Assembly: GCA_041666845.1 (NCBI GenBank)
Contig: JBAYGC010000006.1
Span: 6 to 64,005 of the forward strand
Origin: Patescibacteria group bacterium
GTDB taxonomy: Bacteria; Patescibacteriota; Patescibacteriia; UM-FILTER-42-10
Direction: 5' to 3'
Length of the DNA stretch: 64,000 bases
The notes under the pieces are model-generated. The model made no database searches and was not told the origin of the DNA. It saw nothing but the letters and a program-made list of their open reading frames with translations. This document shows, one piece after another, positions 61,266-64,000 of the stretch. The position numbers were made by a program, and so were the translations under genes. Numbering within the stretch: the stretch's first letter is position 1; the number at the start of each line of letters is the position of its first letter.

Positions 61266-61317
61266 CCCCTAAACGATGATCCTTTATTCTAAAGAAAAAA
61301 TAGGCAAATATTATAAT

Positions 61318-61351
61318 AAAAAATCCCGCAGATACCAAGGGGTATTACGGG
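61318..61351 (-). terminator. terminator of GC-rich gene
   Basis: Minus CCCGTAATACC-cctt-GGTATCTGCGGG-ATTTTTT. Confidence 0.7.
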
Positions 61352-61377
61352 CGGCCGGTTACGGCCAAAAGAGCTGT

Positions 61378-61809
61378 TTACAGGTTGACAACAAGCGTTT
61401 CCGCCTGAATGAAGTGGATCGGACCGAAGTCCCGGCGCATGCGTGCCAGCTCCTTTTCGGACCAATCCGGCTCCACCGTTTTGCCGAAACCATCCACGGT
61501 GTCAGCCAGATGTTCTTCGGTGAGTAGTTCGAATGCTTCGGGAGTAGTCTGGCACAATTTGCCGGTCACGACCACTTCGAATTCATCGCGGACGTTCTCC
61601 GCGATGACGGCATTCAGTGTCCTGAAATCGATTGCGTCTCCGGCAAAGAAGAACTTCGTCCCGTTCTGGCAGCAGATATATACGCCACCTTCCGGGACTG
61701 ATGCATCCTGCCGGATTGACATGAAAACATTCCCCATGTCATCACAGCGCTCCACCCAGAGGCGGAGATTCTCAACGCGATCGATGGAGGCACCTGCCTG
61801 CTTACGCAT
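61378..61809 (-). CDS. GC-rich orphan acidic protein (143 aa)
   Basis: SD-like GAAAGGGA; own promoter and terminator. Confidence 0.7.
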   Translation of the reverse strand: MRKQAGASIDRVENLRLWVERCDDMGNVFMSIRQDASVPEGGVYICCQNGTKFFFAGDAIDFRTLNAVIAENVRDEFEVVVTGKLCQTTPEAFELLTEEHLADTVDGFGKTVEPDWSEKELARMRRDFGPIHFIQAETLVVNL

Positions 61810-61882
61810 GTACTAGTCCCTTTCAACGCTTTGGTTCACATCCATGTGGCGAACTGACGTCCACCTGCGGTAGTAATTGCCA

Positions 61883-61910
61883 ATACTACCAGAATAAGAT
61901 TTTATGTCAA
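61883..61910 (-). promoter_or_regulatory. promoter of GC-rich gene
   Basis: TTGACA, 16 bp ending TGG, TAGTAT. Confidence 0.65.
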
Positions 61911-61974
61911 CCCGCGGCATTTGCTTGCAAATGCACGGGTCAACCCCTGCACCCAGTGTGGGTGCGGGGGTCAA
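61906..61974. mobile_element. two tandem hairpin units separated by GTCAA
   Basis: GTCAA at 61906, 61939, 61970 with CCCG...CGG and CCCCTGCACCCA..TGGGTGCGGGG hairpins between. Confidence 0.75.
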
Positions 61975-61990
61975 GACAGATGGACAATAC

Positions 61991-62020
61991 AAAAAAGACT
62001 TGCGGAATTGGTAAGTCTTT
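61991..62020 (-). terminator. ABC operon terminator
   Basis: Minus AAAGACTTAC-caattcc-GCAAGTCTTTTTT. Confidence 0.7.
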
Positions 62021-62038
62021 AATCAAACCTTATTAATT

Positions 62039-63253
62039 TTATTTTTGCTTTTGTAAGAGGAATTTAAAGGATATTTTTTTATTCACCTCCAGCGATCCGA
62101 CTTCAAACAATTTAAAGGCAAAATAGAATCCGATCATCACATATAATGCCACGACTACGACTCCTGCTACTGACTCCCAGATAGTTAATGCACCGATGGA
62201 ACTGCGGAAAATCAGAATCAGCGGAGCGGTAAACGGAGTAAAACTTACTATTCTGGATAATGTTCCCGAAGGTTCTGCTAACAAAAATGATGCAAAATAG
62301 ACCGGAATAATTGAAAGAATAATAAAGACTGAGGAAAACTGTTGGGCATCACGGTATTTCGGCATTGCCGCGCCAACTCCCACCATGATACTGGAAAGAA
62401 ACAGAAACCCGCCGATTGTATAAAATATGGATAGCAGTATTTGACCGACCGTTACATCAACGGCCGACCAGTCAATTGTGATTGGAAAAATATTGGTCGA
62501 AACTACTACAATTCCGGTCATCAGAGCTCCCAACGCGAACAGTGAAGTCAACGACACGCCAGTAAGCCCGACTAATTTCCCCCAAATCAGTTGGCGCGGT
62601 TTCACAATGGACAATATTGTTTCAATCATTCGGTTCTCCTTTTCTTCCGAGACACTGGATAACATAAATCCGGATGAAAACATAACCATCACAAAATAAA
62701 CCAATATAGAAATTATCGGAATAATAAATACTTCAAAACGCTGATCTACTATTGCTCCGTTTTTATATAACGTTTTTTCTAGCTTAAGATCACTGGAAAA
62801 TAAAGCTATTCTTGCCGGATCTTTGATCTCCAGCAGGATATTTTGCTTCAGCATTTCCTTTGCCACCGTATTAAACCGGTCACGCGAAATAAGGCTTGTA
62901 TCAATAGCATATATATCAATTACTTTGTCATTCAGTATGTTCGCCGGATAGAAAAAAGCTGCATCCGCTTTTCCTGCTCTTACCTGCTCTTTAGCCACCT
63001 CAATATCGGTGGCAATAAAATAAGGAGGAACGATTGTATTACTATTAATTATCCCTGACTGATCAATGATTAATATATTATCAATATTTTTTACTTCTTC
63101 TGCTATCTTCTTTTCTACCTGGGTTGCTGACGTTCCTGAAACTGCGACTAAGCCCAAATAGATAATCGGAACAATTACAATCATAATCCAAAAAGACGGT
63201 TTCTGAACTATCTTCAAATATTCTTTTTTCGCTACTTTTAGGATTGTATTCAT
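62039..63253 (-). CDS. ABC-2 permease (NatB/YhaP-like)
   Basis: EEKENRMIE..LS, GK..G, PFTAP. Confidence 0.9.
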   Translation of the reverse strand: MNTILKVAKKEYLKIVQKPSFWIMIVIVPIIYLGLVAVSGTSATQVEKKIAEEVKNIDNILIIDQSGIINSNTIVPPYFIATDIEVAKEQVRAGKADAAFFYPANILNDKVIDIYAIDTSLISRDRFNTVAKEMLKQNILLEIKDPARIALFSSDLKLEKTLYKNGAIVDQRFEVFIIPIISILVYFVMVMFSSGFMLSSVSEEKENRMIETILSIVKPRQLIWGKLVGLTGVSLTSLFALGALMTGIVVVSTNIFPITIDWSAVDVTVGQILLSIFYTIGGFLFLSSIMVGVGAAMPKYRDAQQFSSVFIILSIIPVYFASFLLAEPSGTLSRIVSFTPFTAPLILIFRSSIGALTIWESVAGVVVVALYVMIGFYFAFKLFEVGSLEVNKKISFKFLLQKQK

Positions 63254-64000
63254 TGTTGTTTTGATACCATTACAAATATCTCTTCTAAAGAAGGCGCCGC
63301 TACTTCAAATTTTGTGATTTTCAATTCAGTATTTGCCAAATATGACAGTGTTTCCTTCGGTGTGATTCCTTCTTTTAGAATCAGGGAGGCGGAATTAGTA
63401 GTGTCGTTGTCAATTGAATACAATTGGTCATTCTTCGGCAGAACGCCCCGGAACTGTACGTGAATCCGGTCTTCACCGAATTGGGCTTTTACTTCATCCA
63501 CTGCCCCGTATAAAATCCGTTTGCCGTCCTGGATCATAATCAGGCGGTTGGCGATTTTTTCCACTTCTTCCATCTGGTGGGTAATAAAAATTATCGTGCT
63601 TCCTTTCTCCTTCATTTCCAAAAGCATATCCATCAACAGAGTCCTGTTTACCGGATCAAGTCCTTTGGTCGGTTCATCCAGAATCAATAAATCCGGCTGA
63701 TTGATAATCGTAATCCCCAGCTGAATTTTTTGCTGTTGGCCGGAGGATAATTTTTTTACTTTTAATCTCGCCTTGTCGTGCAGTCCGACTTTTTCCAAAT
63801 ATCCATAGGACCATTTTTTTGCATCGTTTGCCGACATCCCTTTCAGTTCGCCGAAATAGACCATGGTATCAATCACTCTCTCGGATGTATACAATCCCCT
63901 TTCTTCAGGCAAATAGCCGACATGAGCCGACATAGATTGGTCATATTTTTTTCCGTCGATAAGAAGCGTTCCGCTGTCCGGCTGGAGAATATTCAAAAGA
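63250..64000 (-). CDS. ABC ATP-binding protein (NatA/YhaQ-like), 5' end outside window
   Basis: GYLPEERGLY, LSSGQQQK, ILDEP..GLDP; frame open to window edge. Confidence 0.92.
   Translation of the reverse strand, partial: LLNILQPDSGTLLIDGKKYDQSMSAHVGYLPEERGLYTSERVIDTMVYFGELKGMSANDAKKWSYGYLEKVGLHDKARLKVKKLSSGQQQKIQLGITIINQPDLLILDEPTKGLDPVNRTLLMDMLLEMKEKGSTIIFITHQMEEVEKIANRLIMIQDGKRILYGAVDEVKAQFGEDRIHVQFRGVLPKNDQLYSIDNDTTNSASLILKEGITPKETLSYLANTELKITKFEVAAPSLEEIFVMVSKQQ

Noticed and set aside
61906-61974. Possible CRISPR mini-array
   Set aside because: Repeat only 5-8 nt, spacers are palindromes, no cas genes.

Overview
64 kb of a moderately AT-rich bacterial chromosome. The gene content and order (lone gatB, baseplate-J-like membrane protein after dnaE, DUF5671 gene between rplK and rplA, type IV pilus cluster, AT-rich start regions) suggest Patescibacteria/CPR; this is an inference, with no rRNA in the window. 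Housekeeping blocks: corA-Clp-like ATPase-cysS-PAP2; CIRCE-controlled hrcA-grpE-hsp20-dnaK...dnaJ; rodA-plsC-glycosyltransferase; dnaE; NUDIX-thrS-kinase-miaB/miaA; a de novo pyrimidine operon (pyrB-I-D-K-C-E-F plus an ornithine carbamoyltransferase, no carAB); a dTTP cluster; secE-nusG-rplK-rplA; pheST-gyrB; pilB-pilC-minor pilins; an ABC exporter. Most notable: (1) five scattered GC-rich orphan genes, each with its own promoter, SD-like site and terminator-like hairpin; (2) a T-box riboswitch with an apparently ultra-short Stem I (ACC, Thr) upstream of NUDIX-thrS; (3) a stand-alone ArgRS-core-like protein lacking HIGH; (4) small palindromic elements that duplicate a -35 box or start codon and nest inside each other; (5) a pyrL-like attenuator and possible OTC-fed pyrimidine synthesis; (6) a membrane-anchored single-NBD Clp ATPase. 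No rRNA, tRNA, CRISPR array or transposase gene was recognised. All family calls are by eye, not from database searches.
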